Source of the DNA: Octopus bimaculoides
Lineage: Eukaryota
Direction: 5' to 3'
Length of the DNA: 64,000 nt
Assembly: GCF_001194135.2 (NCBI RefSeq)
Contig: NC_068982.1
Location: 126,329,900-126,393,899 of the forward strand
Position numbers and translations under genes: made by a program. This document shows, piece by piece, positions 50,587-64,000 of this stretch. The notes under the pieces were generated by a model, which saw nothing but the letters and a program-made list of their open reading frames with translations, was not told where the DNA came from and did not search any database. Position 1 is the first letter of the stretch; each line of letters starts with the position of its first letter.

Positions 50587-52411
50587 TATTAGATTTAAGA
50601 ACTGTTAGAAGGTTGGGCAATATGACCCATGGTACCTACTCTGGCTTTTGAGATCTGATAGTAACACCTACAATGACACTAGAGCCAAGTGTATTGGCCC
50701 ATGTTAGCAGCATGGAGGAGAGACACTTCCATATATGGGCAACTGCCAGTTTTCCTTACAGGAAAAAAACAAAAACAGATGCATAGATAACTTTGGGGGT
50801 GGATGTCTAGTAATTAATCTGTAACACAGAAATAACTAGGTTGGGGATTGAGGATTGGGGTATGAGACACTATTAACCTTAAGGTCAAGTTATAATCAAT
50901 GGGAGAATTATTTAAAATACAATAGCAAAGTTAAAAAAGGAAATCCTTATAACTTAGTGGTTTGGCAAAAGAGATTAATAGAACGAATGACAAACTTCAA
51001 AACAATAAGTGCTGGGGTCGATTTCTTTGACCAAACCTTTCGAGGCAATGCCCCAGCATGGTCACAGCCTGAAATAAGCAAAAGAATGTGTAAATGTTGT
51101 GTTGAGATACATAAGAATTTGATTGTAATTTTAAAAATAACCAGTAGTTAAGATGCATGTAAAAGCAGAAAATCTGCCCAAACCTGTGCAGAACCACACA
51201 CACACAGAAAGGCATATATATATATATATAGATAGATAGATAGATAGATAAAGAGATAGATAGATAANNNNNNNNNNNNNNNNNNNNNNNNNNNNNNNNN
51301 NNNNNNNNNNNNNNNNNNNNNNNNNNNNNNNNNNNNNNNNNNNNNNNNNNNNNNNNNNNNNNNNNNNNNNNNNNNNNNNNNNNNNNNNNNNNNNNNNNNN
51401 NNNNNNNNNNNNNNNNNNNNNNNNNNNNNNNNNNNNNNNNNNNNNNNNNTAAACAACTAGAATATTCTTCTACCACAAATAAAGCCCAATATTTGTAAAT
51501 ATTAGGGATAATAAATTAATACAGTAATTATTAAAAAAAAATTTAACCCGCAATAAAAAAAAAATATATTGTCAATAATGTTGAACGTGGTTAGGTAGAA
51601 AAAGGGGAACCAGGAAAACTAAAATGAAATAGAACGTGAATATATGACAAAGTCTGGTAAAAATCATTATAACCTCACAAATAACGAAATGGAAAAACAA
51701 AAAGAAAAAAAAACAAAAGTAAGCGTTGAAATTTTAGTCAATAGATATGAAAAGCTCAAACTGCTGTTCTCCCATCTTTCTACTTAACACCATTGATTAT
51801 TAACATATCAAACAGTAATTGTTTCAAGTCAGCCATGGTGGTGCAAGGGAGATAACTTTCTTAATGAGGTCATTAAAAACAAGCATTGTCAACTTCATTT
51901 TCAAGAGTTGTTTAACAAAATTCAATATTTGATTTATCTATTTGGGGGGAAAAATATCCGATACAGAAAGCAATATAAACATTAACTAGTGCCTCTGCTC
52001 GTGTACACACACGCAAACACAAACGCTGATCCCTACATATCATAAAATGAACACAAGGGTATAATATATATTTCTTTTTTTTTTTTTTTTGTTTGCAGTG
52101 AGAAAATAAAAAAACAAATATATATGTGATTAAAAACACATTTCTGATATCTGGGATTACTTCTGATTAACTAACAAACGCCTAAGTTATTAACATCTGA
52201 ACAATTAGAAGTGTAGGACAAAGAGTGCTAAAACTTAACATTCTGGCCTGATACATATATATTGTCCTTAGGCAAGGCCCACTATTCTATCTGCTCAGGT
52301 CAGATATTCTTAATTAGCATTTAGAAATTACCAGATGGAAAACTCATGATCAAACAGGTGGTGTAATTAGCTACACAGATAAGAAGCAACAGTCAAATTA
52401 TATTCCTATAC

Positions 52412-52492
52412 CAAAGGATATTTATTGTCCAGATCGGTACAAAAAGAAGGGACAAAGAATTTGACACCAAAATGGAGAGTAGCTTTTAGCTC
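52412..52492 (-). CDS. Internal exon, 81 nt (ELKATLHFGVKFFVPSFCTDLDNKYPL), FERM-F1-like motif
   Basis: Acceptor aagtgaaacAG and donor TTG|gtatag. Only frame 0 is open. TLHFGVKFFVP resembles PTPN3 TLHFRVRFFIP (recalled). Confidence 0.5.
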
Positions 52493-53734
52493 CTGTTTCA
52501 CTTAAATGTGACCATTTCTAATCAAATACACTTCCCATATGTTTCAATACACACACACACAATTTAATAGGATTAAAATTAAAATAACCAACTTTATTAT
52601 TAAAATGATGTTTGAAACATGATTCAACTAAAATTATGAGAGAAGGTTTAAATTTGTAATATTTTGTATCAGAAAATCAGAAATACTCCTAGGTCAGTTG
52701 ATATGAAAAAGGATAAAAGAAGGTTTTAAATTGGTCAACTGCTCTTTAATTTTAAATGTTCTCTCATTTAGATTGCTATTCCAATATTTGTAGTATGTTT
52801 CATCATGCCCCTTTTTTTTTGTTATTGTTTTTCTTGGGTCTGAAGGAAGAAGCAGTATCCATAGCTTTCATAGGCCCTCCTAGACTATAGAGACAGCAAT
52901 GCTATTCATGTGCCCCATGAACCTTTCAAAAGTCAATATCTGTAAGTAAGACACAAGCAGGGACTAGATTTCTGAGAGGGAAGGCCTGGGTATTGTGATT
53001 AGAGTAAGACCAGAGAATGAGAGAAAAGGAGAGACAAGTGGATCAAAAATGCTTGAGTGAGAATGGAATGGGGGCCAACCAGATTTGAGGAGCAGAGGCC
53101 ATAATAGTAGCAGTAGGAAAGGTAGACTGGAGAAAGAGGGTGCCTGGACCAGATGCTGTCATTAAAAAAAAAAAAAAAAATCAAATTAAGGTATATTTAT
53201 TAGATTTTCTACTAAAATGAAAATGAAATATATATTTTATGACACTGAGTCTGTAACTAAAAAACAAACAACAACTAATAATAGATGATACATTGAAATT
53301 ATCACAGGGATGAGATTCTCCCTGCAGAGCTAGAAAGACAGAAAATGGAAATAAAATATTACTACATCATTTTGTATTTGGCCCACATTACAAATCAGCA
53401 GGTTCACAAAAACCATCTGGCATCACCCAGCACTGCCACTTCGTTTTGGAAACCTGACAATGGTGACGAAAAGGAAGCCGAGACAATAAGGTTAATGCAG
53501 CAACACCCAGTGATCGTGTAAAGACCATTCTATGAGGAATTGTATACATGGGAGAAAGAAAGAAAGGCAGAGAGAGTAAAGGAGAGATGGATTAATGTTG
53601 AGGAATGAACAAGTAAACTGTTAGAGGAGACCTCGGCAGTGGCACAACTATGATAGGTGGAGAAAAACTAGCACCCAGGATGTTACAATAGCAGCCCTAC
53701 AACTTCATCGTAAGTTGAGGCCCAATCACACATG

Positions 53735-54110
53735 TAGCACGTAAAAAGCATCATTCGAATGTGATTGTTACCAGCATCACCTTACTGGCACTTGTGCTGG
53801 TGGCATGTGAAAAAATATTTGAGCGAGGTCGTTGCTAGTGCCACTGGATTGGCTCCAGTGCAGGTGTCACGTAAAAAACACCATTTGAGCATGGCCACTG
53901 CCAGTACCATCCGACTGGCCCTCGAGCCAGTGGCACGTAAAAGCACCCACTACACTCTCAGAGTTGTTGGCATTAGGAAGGGCATCCAGCCGTTGAAACT
54001 CTGCCAGATCAGATTGGAGCCTGGTGCAGCCATCTGGTTCGCCAGTTTTCAGTCAAATTGTCCAACCCATGCCAGCATAGAAAACAGACGTTAAACAATG
54101 ATGATGATGA
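53735..54110 (+). mobile_element. Family C
   Basis: Three internal units plus 3' part; tail runs into an N-gap. Confidence 0.8.
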
Positions 54111-54602
54111 NNNNNNNNNNNNNNNNNNNNNNNNNNNNNNNNNNNNNNNNNNNNNNNNNNNNNNNNNNNNNNNNNNNNNNNNNNNNNNNNNNNNNNNNNN
54201 NNNNNNNNNNNNNNNNNNNNNNNNNNNNNNNNNNNNNNNNNNNNNNNNNNNNNNNNNNNNNNNNNNNNNNNNNNNNNNNNNNNNNNNNNNNNNNNNNNNN
54301 NNNNNNNNNNNNNNNNNNNNNNNNNNNNNNNNNNNNNNNNNNNNNNNNNNNNNNNNNNNNNNNNNNNNNNNNNNNNNNNNNNNNNNNNNNNNNNNNNNNN
54401 NNNNNNNNNNNNNNNNNNNNNNNNNNNNNNNNNNNNNNNNNNNNNNNNNNNNNNNNNNNNNNNNNNNNNNNNNNNNNNNNNNNNNNNNGAAGAAGCAATT
54501 AGTTAAGTAAAGAAGAATAGTGCTTTCTGTGTGAGTATTTAAAACAAAAATATTTTCTCAGATGTTTGAAATTATTTTATCCCAGAACAGAAATTCCTTT
54601 AA

Positions 54603-54815
54603 CCCTTTAGCATTCAACATTACTCTGCCAAAACGTAATGCTTTATTCACATTGTTTTGAATTAATCATGCATTATCTTGTAGCTTTGAGATTTCCACGA
54701 TATAATTGTCTTTTTTTTTTTTTAGAATAACATTGTTGGACAGGTGCAAGAAGCTGGATCTGGCTAGTTTGTGCATAAAACAGATAGAATATTTGGGCCA
54801 GATATGGCTGGTTTA
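54603..54815 (+). mobile_element. MITE family G
   Basis: ttaa|ccctttagcattc start and family-G internal motifs. Confidence 0.72.
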
Positions 54816-54845
54816 AAAAGTCAACAATTAACTCTTAACACTTGC

Positions 54846-54865
54846 CTGCCTAAGAGCTTCTTGTT
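54846..54865 (-). CDS. Candidate 20-nt microexon (xQEALRQ) with GC donor
   Basis: Acceptor catttttgtgtcacAG and donor CAG|gcaagt. Phase 1 in, phase 0 out. Confidence 0.3.
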
Positions 54866-56115
54866 CTGTGACACAAAAATGCTTTGTTTTCAAATATTCA
54901 CATTCAAATTAAAACCTTTACATAAGAACATATTTATTCAAGTTGTTTCAAACATTATCTTTATAATGACAAAAGTTGTCAAACTAAATCCTTCTAAAGT
55001 TTTTGATCATTTTTCAAAATTAATTGAAACATATGAACGGATTATTGATAGAAATGTGTTCATGAAAGCGTAAACCACTCAAGATATATGGAAAATTAGC
55101 AACAGCTGGTTTTAAATTCTTATAGAAGAAACTGTTCTATTCTTGTTTTTAGTTATTCATTAAACGAGAAGAGGGAGCATCTATGCAAACTCAAACTACA
55201 AGAAAGAGCAGCTGAATGTCCTTCAAATTATACCACACCATCTTAAAAATAAAAGGAGCCATCTTAAACAACTTTTAAAAAAAGATGTGATCATCAAAAC
55301 ATATTTGGTCATTCTGCTCAACGAGGGTTGAATGCAGCTTAACAACATCACTATTTAAATGAGCCCTGAGTTAACAGCAGTTTATACATCCTGCATGGAT
55401 TGGATCTCAAGCACTATATTAATAGATTTATCTCCAATGAAAACCAGGCATACTTTAAGGAACAATATAGTTAATTATCTTCAATAGATATATTGCAGGG
55501 ACCCATATGTACTGTTACTTCCATTATCTTTTGTTTGCTAAATGTTTAACTCGAGAGTAGAGGTTCCCAACTTCCCCACATTCAAAGAAAACCTTTTAAG
55601 TTAATTTAATTTTCCTATGGAACACAGGCTTTTCAAAAGTCTGCCTACTCAATAAGCTGCTTTCATTTAACTAACAATAATTTTTATTTTTATTTCATCT
55701 TTTAACTGAAAGATATACATCATCATTTAATGTCCATGCTCTAAGCTGGCATGGGCTGAATGGTTTAACAGGATCCCATGGGCTCAAACACTACATCATG
55801 TTGCAGTGTCTACTTTGTTATGGTTTCTACAGCTGGATAGCCTTCCCAACACCAACCATTTTACAGCATATACGGGGTGCTTTTTCATGCAAACAGCATC
55901 AGTGGGGTCACCATGCTACAAACTCTGAGGGGAGCAACTTTATGCAAGGAGGTGAGGAACACAGAGGAGTGAAGTATGATTAGAAAGTGAATAAATTACA
56001 TGTAACCAAGTAATTATATAGCAGCCCTTTTTGAACACAGATTTTAACCCCTTCAACACTACCTGTGTGTATCCCCAGAGAACTGCCAACTTCTGGTCAG
56101 GAATCACTATTCTAG

Positions 56116-56376
56116 AATACTCTTTTATTCTTTTACTTGTTTTAGTCATTTGACTGTGGCCATGCTGGAGCACCGTCTTTAGTCGACGAACCACTAAGTT
56201 GCGGGGACATAAACACACTAGCATCGGTTGTCAAGCAATGTTGAGGAGGGACACAAACATACACACACAGACACACAAACATACACACACACACACAAAC
56301 ATACACACACACATATATATATATATATATACATATATACGATGGGCTTCTTTCAGTTTCCGTCTACCAAATCCGA
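56116..56376 (-). mobile_element. SINE family A, truncated and deleted
   Basis: Tail, microsatellite and part of the head region. Confidence 0.78.
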
Positions 56377-56561
56377 ACAGTATCTGTATTATTTTATTTT
56401 GTTTTAGAGCAGTGACAAGTTTCTAGTGAGCCGAGTTTTACAAACTGAATTTAAATCTCATTTGAAACAATTTCAGTCCACTTTAGTAGAAATATCACAG
56501 CTCAACAGCCTCACTTCTTTTATAATTCTAGGTTCTAGTGCCTATGTAAGAAATTCTTTTT

Positions 56562-56790
56562 TAACCGTTTCATTACCATAATTCTGCTGAAATATACCTT
56601 TGCTTCAAGTAATTTTTAAAATAGTTAAGAATTTTATAAAATAATTTTATCATTATTAAACTGATGCTTGGAACTTAAATAAACATGAAATTTTGAGGGA
56701 AAATTTGAATTTAGATCACTTTAAAAAAAAAAAATGTTTGTATTCTAGAACCAGGGGGTGGTCTGAGGCAGGTTGGTAACAAAAGGATTA
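56562..56790. mobile_element. MITE family F (opposite orientation to 23880 copy)
   Basis: ttaaccgtttcattacc...ggtaacaaaaggattaa. Confidence 0.65.
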
Positions 56791-57894
56791 ACGAATGTGA
56801 CATTTGGCAAAAAATGTAATGTTAGTTTTTAGTCTGATCTCATTATGATCTAAGTTCAAAATCCAACAAGGCTCTGTTGCAGTAATAAACTGACATCTTT
56901 TCACCTAAATACAACCCCTCTTCTGCAAAACCAGGCCATGAATCTAGTAAATTACATAAAAGAATTTTTGTTCTCAAAATGACTAGGTGTATAACACAAA
57001 GTGCTTAAAATAATAGCTAGTTTACTCGTTTAGAGAAAATATTCCTTCACATAATGTTTTTTATCTCAAGCTTTCACAGAAATTACAGTTTGTAAACAAC
57101 AAGGGTTTTTCTTTCCTTTTTTTTATATTGTTTTTCTTTCTTTTTTTTATATATTGTTGTTTTTCTTTCAGGGATAGGGGGAAAAATCAGCAGTATGAAG
57201 AAAATTGTGGCAAAAAAATGCTGACCTAAATGCCAGAATGGTACTGCCTGTAATCATAACAAAAAAAAGAGGTCAGTTTCAATAACATAAATTTCAGGGG
57301 TGAGCAGGTAAGCGAGTAAGAATTAAAAAAAAAAAATTTAAATATTAAAAACTGATTCAGTAATTTTAAAAACTTTTCCAGTATCAACAAGTTATCAGCA
57401 TTCGTTCAGCTTGTAATTAATTAACTACAGTTATTATCTGACAGCAATATTGCATTTTCATAGTAACACAAACTTCAAATAGTAATTGAATGTTTTTTTT
57501 TTATATTTTTTTGTACTTATTGTTTTTGTTTTCAAACATTTTCTTAAAAAGCAAAAATTATGGCACCTGAATAATTGATTTAAACAGGTCAGTTTATCGA
57601 CAAATGAATAGATTTCAATTAAATCAAAAGGATGTTTTGATAGAAGACATAATTCAGTTGAAACCTAAGACTAAAGAAAAAGGTCCCGTTTCTGTAAAAA
57701 TCTCAATTGCATTTTCGCAAGTCCACCCACACACACACACAAATATTTTCTACACGTCTGTCAGATTCCCCATCTACTGCAAGATCATAAATGCTGCTAG
57801 GCTATGACAGCAGTAACCACAAGAGCAGGTGGTTCATGTTTTGTACTTCCATACCACATTCATAGTTTGCAAGTCAGCTGCAACCCTACATCAC

Positions 57895-57919
57895 CAGGGT
57901 AGCTCTGATAGGTTACTTC
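57895..57919 (-). CDS. Candidate 25-nt microexon (EVTYQSYP)
   Basis: Acceptor tttattgttctgtacAG and donor G|gtgatg. It bridges phase 0 (59010 exon) to phase 1 (54865 exon). Speculative. Confidence 0.22.
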
Positions 57920-58897
57920 CTGTACAGAACAATAAAGATACATCTACTGCTTTCATAGTGCCTCTAACGTGGAAGTATTACGTTCAGCATTCTCTACAAT
58001 GTTGCAGATGGATTCTTTTAAGTATTTCACAGAGATGGTTTAAAGGAGAGAAAGTCATTTATGGATGCAATCCAAACATATTTATATACTTATGTACACT
58101 TATATATAGTGGAAGGTTTTGATCAGTGTCAGCTGCTTTGTTGCCAACTCTCTCATTATCATGAACGGAGTAATGTCAGGGAAAAAAGATAGAGATCTGT
58201 TGGTTTGTTGTCCTGAACAACCAGCTGTTATTGTCAAGTGTTTTAGCATGTGCAGATTTTATTCATAATAATTAATGAAATAATAAAACAGCTCAAGCAA
58301 ACAAATTTTTGTTTTGACCCACAAATTCTTATCCCACAAAATGCACCACCCACTGACATTTTAAATAGACATGATTAAAAACAAAAAAGAAAAAAAAAAG
58401 GAATCAAGCAAAAACTGACTTCATAACAAGCAATCATAATTAGACCAAAATCTTTTAGTGTGAAGCACAGAAGGCACCTACCATAATATTGTTCTGTCCC
58501 CACTTTTTTTTAATAAAGAGAATAACTTAAAACTCCTAAATTATTATTTAAAACCTTTAATAAAAATTCAATAGGATAATCTGCTTTCCTTCACTAATTA
58601 AGATAAATTAGGCACCTATCTCTCCTTTTATCAACCATTCCAATCAAACTAAAGCAGATAAGAGGCCTTCAAGATTTTGCTTTCATGATTTGTTTTAAAA
58701 TAAATATAAAATTGAAAGCATAAAACAATTCTAAGTATAGCAACTCACTCTAACATAACTATGATTTCAATCCATTTTCAGTATATAGCAGCATCTAATT
58801 TCATAGACGCAATATCAAACTGTAATGCTCTTCTGAAATGGTTATGTTTAATGTTTATGGTTAGTGAAATCTTCCTACTTATGGCTATGGCTATAGT

Positions 58898-58930
<33 letters not shown>

Positions 58931-59009
58931 CCATTCTTGAGCTGTGAGAATAAATTTAACACTTTAACTACGTCCTCACCATAAATTTTATTTTTCCTCC
59001 ACTTCTTAC

Positions 59010-59166
59010 AAGAAATGTCCGTCTGTCCACATCCAAATAAGATAATATCACTTGTTTTATCCACTGGTTAGTTCTATCATTTTGCACATCCACAAAGTTC
59101 TGATTAAATGACCAGTGATGTACATGAGAAATACCTGTCATGGTCAGAAATTTGTCAGGGCCAAGA
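59010..59166 (-). CDS. Internal exon, 157 nt (LGPDKFLTMTGISHVHHWSFNQNFVDVQNDRTNQWIKQVILSYLDVDRRTFL)
   Basis: Acceptor atttcttatttAG and donor CTT|gtaaga; 52 open codons in non-repeat DNA. Confidence 0.55.
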
Positions 59167-61774
59167 CTAAATAAGAAATGGCATAATGTGTAGGTTTTGG
59201 TTCAAGTGAAATCATCATTACGGCAGTATGGCTAAGAAGATTGCTTCCTATGTGGTCTCAGGTTCAGTCCCATTGTGCAGTACCTTGACCAAGAGTCTTC
59301 TATAGCCTAGGTCAACCAAAGCCTTGTGAGAGGATTTGGTAGGCAGAAAGAAACCTGTCTTATATATGCTTGTTTGTCTGTAACCTTTCTTTTGACATCA
59401 TGCTTATAAATAACTGTCACTGTCAAAGAAGCCATGTTGTTCATTTCTAGTTTTCTGTGAAAAACATGTTTGGCCCTGAGAAAATATAACCATGCCTGAG
59501 AACAGATGAAGGTTGGTGACAGGAAAGGCACTCAGCCATAGAAATCTATGTCAACGAGCATGGAAAAGTGGACATTAAATGATGGTGATGACGGTAGTGG
59601 TGAAAATCATCATCATCATCATTATATATCTGATTTCCATACTGGTGGGGGTTGGCTAAAATATGTAAATGATGTATCAGCTGGAAATCAAATCCAGGCT
59701 AGCTGTGTGATAAATGAGCATTCTAGTTAGTAATAACAATGTAATTTACTTCCAATGAAAAGGATATCGCATATGTATTAATAGGTATGGTAGAGAAAAG
59801 TGGGGAAGAGTCATAGGAAGACAATAAGTAAGCAACAACCATTTGATTAGATTCAATTGAATGAGAAATATGAAGTTATGATTGATACAAAGTAATCACA
59901 AATGAATAGGAACAGTAGCTTCCAAAGAATTGGGACACCAGCTTGTATTGAATGAAGGCACAGAAGAATAATTAAAGGTGAAATAATAAGAGAGCTCTTA
60001 CAAGCATATTTCTGTTTTTGACCCACATAAAAGAGAGAAGTGTTTGTTGATGTGGATAGGTAATGTGATCAGGTGACGTGTTGGCTGAGAAAGTGCTGCA
60101 ACTCAGGTAATACCGGGAGAGAACCTGAACAAAAGTAGAGCAAGAAAGACTTGGAGCAGACACTAAGAACAGACCCAAAAATGTTAAATCTTGATAATAA
60201 TGATCTCTGATTTAGACAAGGTCTACAATTTCAAGGGGTGGTGGATGTCAGTCAATACTATTGACTCAAGTACTTAACTGGTACTTTATTTTACCATTCC
60301 TGAAAGGGTGAAAAGTAAATTTGACCTTGGTGACATTTAAACTCGGGAACATAAGGAGCCAGAATAATCTTAATAATGAAGATAATATCACCCATTAGCC
60401 ATTAGTGTTTTTGTAGTGTTCTTTTTATTGCATATAAACGAAACCAAAATAGAAACAAAAAAAAGAAGTCTTCAAACTTATGGAAGTTTGCTTTAGAGAA
60501 CTCCCTTAGCTATGGATTTATTAGGCAATCACAGAAGTTGACATGCTGTAAAACTTTTATAAAAATATAAAAAAGACTTTCTCTATATTTTATCAACAAT
60601 ATTCTAAATGGTCAGAGTCACTTTGTCCCAACACAGATTTCCCATGTATTTAATGATACATTAATGGTGATGATGCTTACAGTATAGTATAAGCAAGCTC
60701 AATATTTCTGTATGCACCAAATCAACAGAAATTAACAAATGTTACAAATAAAAAGACAAATGTAATGAAATGAAATAAAATAATATTAAAAAAAAAATGT
60801 TTAATTCTAAAAATCAGATTACAATAATTTAGTCTTTGTCAACTGGAAAATTGCAAGATATATTGCTTTTTAATTGCATTTCTATTTCAATTTTTCAATC
60901 TCAGCTTTATTTGTGTGAATAATGAAAATTATTAACAGAAAACCAGAATGGCAAAATGAAAGACAACAACTGGTTGAAATGAAGCAAAGGCATTTTGTAG
61001 TTACCCAATCAAGTTTTAGCTGAACTTTGACAGTTGCAAGAAAGAAATCACTTTTCACATTTAATTTTACTAGAAAATTCAAAATCAATTTTGAAGCTGA
61101 AACACCGGATAAAGATTGCAAATTGCATATCTAACTGCATAAAATACAGTTGAAACTTCTCTTGCAGTAAATATATTATTCAACTAGGAACAGTAGTTCT
61201 AGTGTAACCAAATAGAAAAATTATTAATTTATCAGTGATTTTGTTGATATTTTTTTTATTTCTTTTCCTGTTTTTTTTTTCCTTTTTTTTATTTATTTAT
61301 TTATTTCTAAAACTAAATTTATAGTAGTTTAGAAATTTGCTATATTCCAATTAGAACAGTTCTAAATGTTATTTTTATTTTAATAAAAATAAAAATATAG
61401 AAATAATGTGATAAAATATTTGGTATTTTACCAAAACATTTAAGGAAAAGGTTGGCAACAGTAAATTGATGGATGCAGCCAGAAATCTGCCTTCATAAAA
61501 TTGTATTCAATATAAAACTGTGAGTTCAAATGGAATGAACCCAAAACTACAGACTTGAAAACATTTGGGGTTCTATTTTTGTAGAATTCCTTTTTAGTAA
61601 GATGAGATCTGGTTATTGGTTAAAAAAAAATGTTTTTGTGCTTTAAGATTAACTTCATCATGGCTATATTTCTAACAAGAATATTCTGTCTGTGTTAATT
61701 CAATTATTTGACAGAATAATCAAAAATTTGGAGTGGTTTAGTAAATTAACATTATTGATTAGTTTATTAACTAA

Positions 61775-61992
61775 CCCTTTTGTTATTATATTCCTGTTGA
61801 AATACACTGCCTATGTTTCAGATAATTTTGAAAATAATGAAGAATTTAGTGAAATAACATTGTCATTATTAAGCCGGTATTTGGAATTTAAATTTACATA
61901 AATTTAAATGGAAGGTTTTAATTAAGATCATTTTAAAATAGTAACTTTGTATTACATAACCAAGAATAGTCTTGGGCTGATATAAAAAAAGG
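61775..61992. mobile_element. MITE family F
   Basis: taacccttttgtta...ctgttgaaatacactgc...aaaaggttaa. Confidence 0.68.
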
Positions 61993-62182
61993 TTAAACTC
62001 TTTAGAATAGCTATTGGAATCTTAAGACTCTCATTTATGCAATAAACTGATTCCAGTTTGAATATGAACAGTTTTGAGTGGATTGATATTGAGAGGATTG
62101 CAGTACTGAGGTAAGGAAAATGTGAATAACTAGATGAACGATTAGGAAATTAAGGATGGTTTACTGTGTCAAATGTTAGTTG

Positions 62183-62535
62183 TATTGTCTTGAATTAACC
62201 ATGCATTATCTTGTGGCTTTGAGATTTCAATGATGTGGCTGTTTTTTTTTTGTTTTTTTTTTAGAAATTGTATGGTAGGTGTGAGAGGCTGGATTTGGCC
62301 AGCTTGGACATAAAACAGAGATTATTTGAGCTGGATAAAGCTGGTTTAAACCATTAGCAACCAAACTGGCCATATCTGGTCTAAATATTTTACTAGTTTT
62401 ATATTTAAACCAACCACATCCAGCCTCTCACACTTGTCCTATGTCATTCTAAAGATAAGTAATCATATCGTCGAAAACTAAAGTGAATAAATAACCATTA
62501 CATTTGACAAATTAATCTGAATGCTAAGAGGCTAA
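62183..62535. mobile_element. Two adjacent family-G MITE copies in inverted orientation
   Basis: Forward partial copy about 62183..62350 (gtgtgagaggctggatt) next to reverse copy about 62365..62535 (atccagcctctcacac). Confidence 0.7.
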
Positions 62536-64000
62536 ATGCTTAACATTAAACTGAGTGACAGATTAAGCCTATCACCCAAATTAAGTCTTTCTTTACTTCA
62601 GTTAAGTTAAAACACTTCTTAATATTAAAAATTACACATCAGATTAGAGAATGGAATCTGGCATTGAAAATATTCTGAAACTGTTAGATATCAACTCCTC
62701 AGATACTAAACTACATTTAAGCTTCCTTACAACCTCCCAAAGTTACCTAAAATACCACTTTTCTACTTCAACTATTGCTGCATACTATTCAATGAATGTT
62801 TTTATTTTTTTCAGCTGTGCTTCTTCTTAACATCCATTATTTAAATAAATAACCTCTTTAGTTCTTTGATGGCCACTGTCCAAGCTGACCAGTAAAAATT
62901 TCTCTGATCAGTTTAAGCTAAAAATAGACAGGCAGCTAGTTGCAAAAACTTTCTCCACAGCTGGAAGGTATATTGACTAATCATGCAGAAATAACCAAAA
63001 TGATGAAATATGATCATCAATGAAGCAAATATCGTACTGAACATATTCCTCTCTGTCAATTTTGCCCATTCGCTACTAATTCTTTGTCTTCCTTCACTGA
63101 TTAGTGAACATAAAACATTAATGCAATCAATGGAAGCAAGCTTTAAGAAACTTTCCTTTCTTGTAATGTGTGTGCACACGCACATGCATACTTTTAATTC
63201 ATCATACATGCATGAAATCATATATATATAAATATATATAAGGTACATACATGCAGAAATATTTTGCTTTAACTTGCACAATATTTATAATATTACACAT
63301 GAAAGTGGCCATAAATAACCATATTATAAATTTTGATTCAAACCATGTTTATAGCTCACACACAGTTTTCTCCCCCATCTTTCTCTATTCCCTTGTTCTC
63401 CCTTTCGCTGTCTTCTATCTGTCTCTCTCTCTCTTCCCCTCTTTCTTTTTCTCTCTCTCATTGCTCACACATGACCATCGTCCATCTTTTTCTTCTCACG
63501 TGACCATCTTTCTTTTCCTGCATGGACGTCTCCTATCTCTCTCTTCTATCTTTTCTCTTTTCAAAGAAAATATTTCTCTCAGCATTCACTATTTTTCCCC
63601 TCATTCTGGTCTAATGACACCTCCATATTTGCTTTCATTCAGTTTCCTTGTATGTCTCCACTGTCCTGTTTTTGTTCCCAACTTTGACCCACCATAAATC
63701 CAAAATTTCATTTTGGTATTTATGTGAGCAACTGTCTTCAAAGATGTCAGTGATTGCTCAAAATGGGGAGTAGATAGACAGCCGACAACTGATGAAGGGT
63801 CATTCTTTGTATTCTTTGTATTATTTGTCCTGTTTTCCATTTATTTCTCTCATTATTTGAGTATTTAACTCATTTGTTTTCATATTTCATGTTGTTTACT
63901 GTTGGTAATGTCCTGTACCAATATATGCATATATATATATATATATCCTTATTTCTAGTGAGACAGTTGCAGGAGAAATACCTAGCTAAGGATAACTCCC

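Larger units (their letters stand above)
14720..54488. other. Eight assembly gaps: 14720-14869, 15946-16282, 17217-17540, 22244-22338, 46451-46543, 48493-48736, 51268-51449, 54111-54488
   Basis: N runs. They may hide exons (notably 48493-48736) and the mariner right end. Confidence 0.98.

Noticed and set aside
51784-51880. Strong Kozak ccaccATGg ORF (MADLKQLLFDMLIING) with upstream SYLPC resembling FERM F2
   Set aside because: Upstream in-frame stop, phase mismatch with the 52412 exon, and weak donor; likely overfitting.
14613-54510. Long ORFs in the track that contain X runs or poly-I/Y/C/V/H/T/L
   Set aside because: Artefacts of N-gaps and microsatellites.
62058-62111. Plus-strand exon-like piece (MNSFEWIDIERIAVLR, AG|gtaagg)
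   Set aside because: Isolated; no further plus-strand exons were found.
62913-63281. 122-aa minus-strand ORF
   Set aside because: The 5' third is microsatellite-derived and there is no good donor in that frame; only a shorter alternative-frame exon is kept, as speculation.
63650-63940. Possible Penelope-like or other repeat terminus (ctgatgaaggg..tattatttgtcctg)
   Set aside because: It looks like an interspersed repeat, but there is no second copy or coding remnant in the window to support a call.

Overview
AT-rich eukaryotic DNA with eight N-gaps, dense microsatellites and many SINEs and MITEs. I recognise the repeat families as octopus-type (coleoid cephalopod); this is recognition from memory, not a search result. 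Nearly all ORFs in the supplied track are repeat or low-complexity noise. By hand I assembled a chain of short, phase-compatible minus-strand exons spread over about 50 kb. The downstream exons (about 48.5 to 13.8 kb) give roughly 240 aa whose motif spacing follows the C-terminal half of the CMTR1-type (RrmJ/FtsJ fold) cap 2'-O-methyltransferase domain, with the catalytic Asp apparently replaced. The upstream exons (about 59 to 52 kb) contain a FERM-F1-like motif. Mobile DNA includes a decayed DD34D mariner, TTAA (piggyBac-like) MITEs, hAT-like MITEs with 8-bp target site duplications (TSDs), a probable Helentron-associated element, four SINE families, and a 730-bp foldback element with head-to-head telomere-like arrays and a perfect 8-bp TSD. 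Exon calls are manual and need RNA-seq or homology confirmation.
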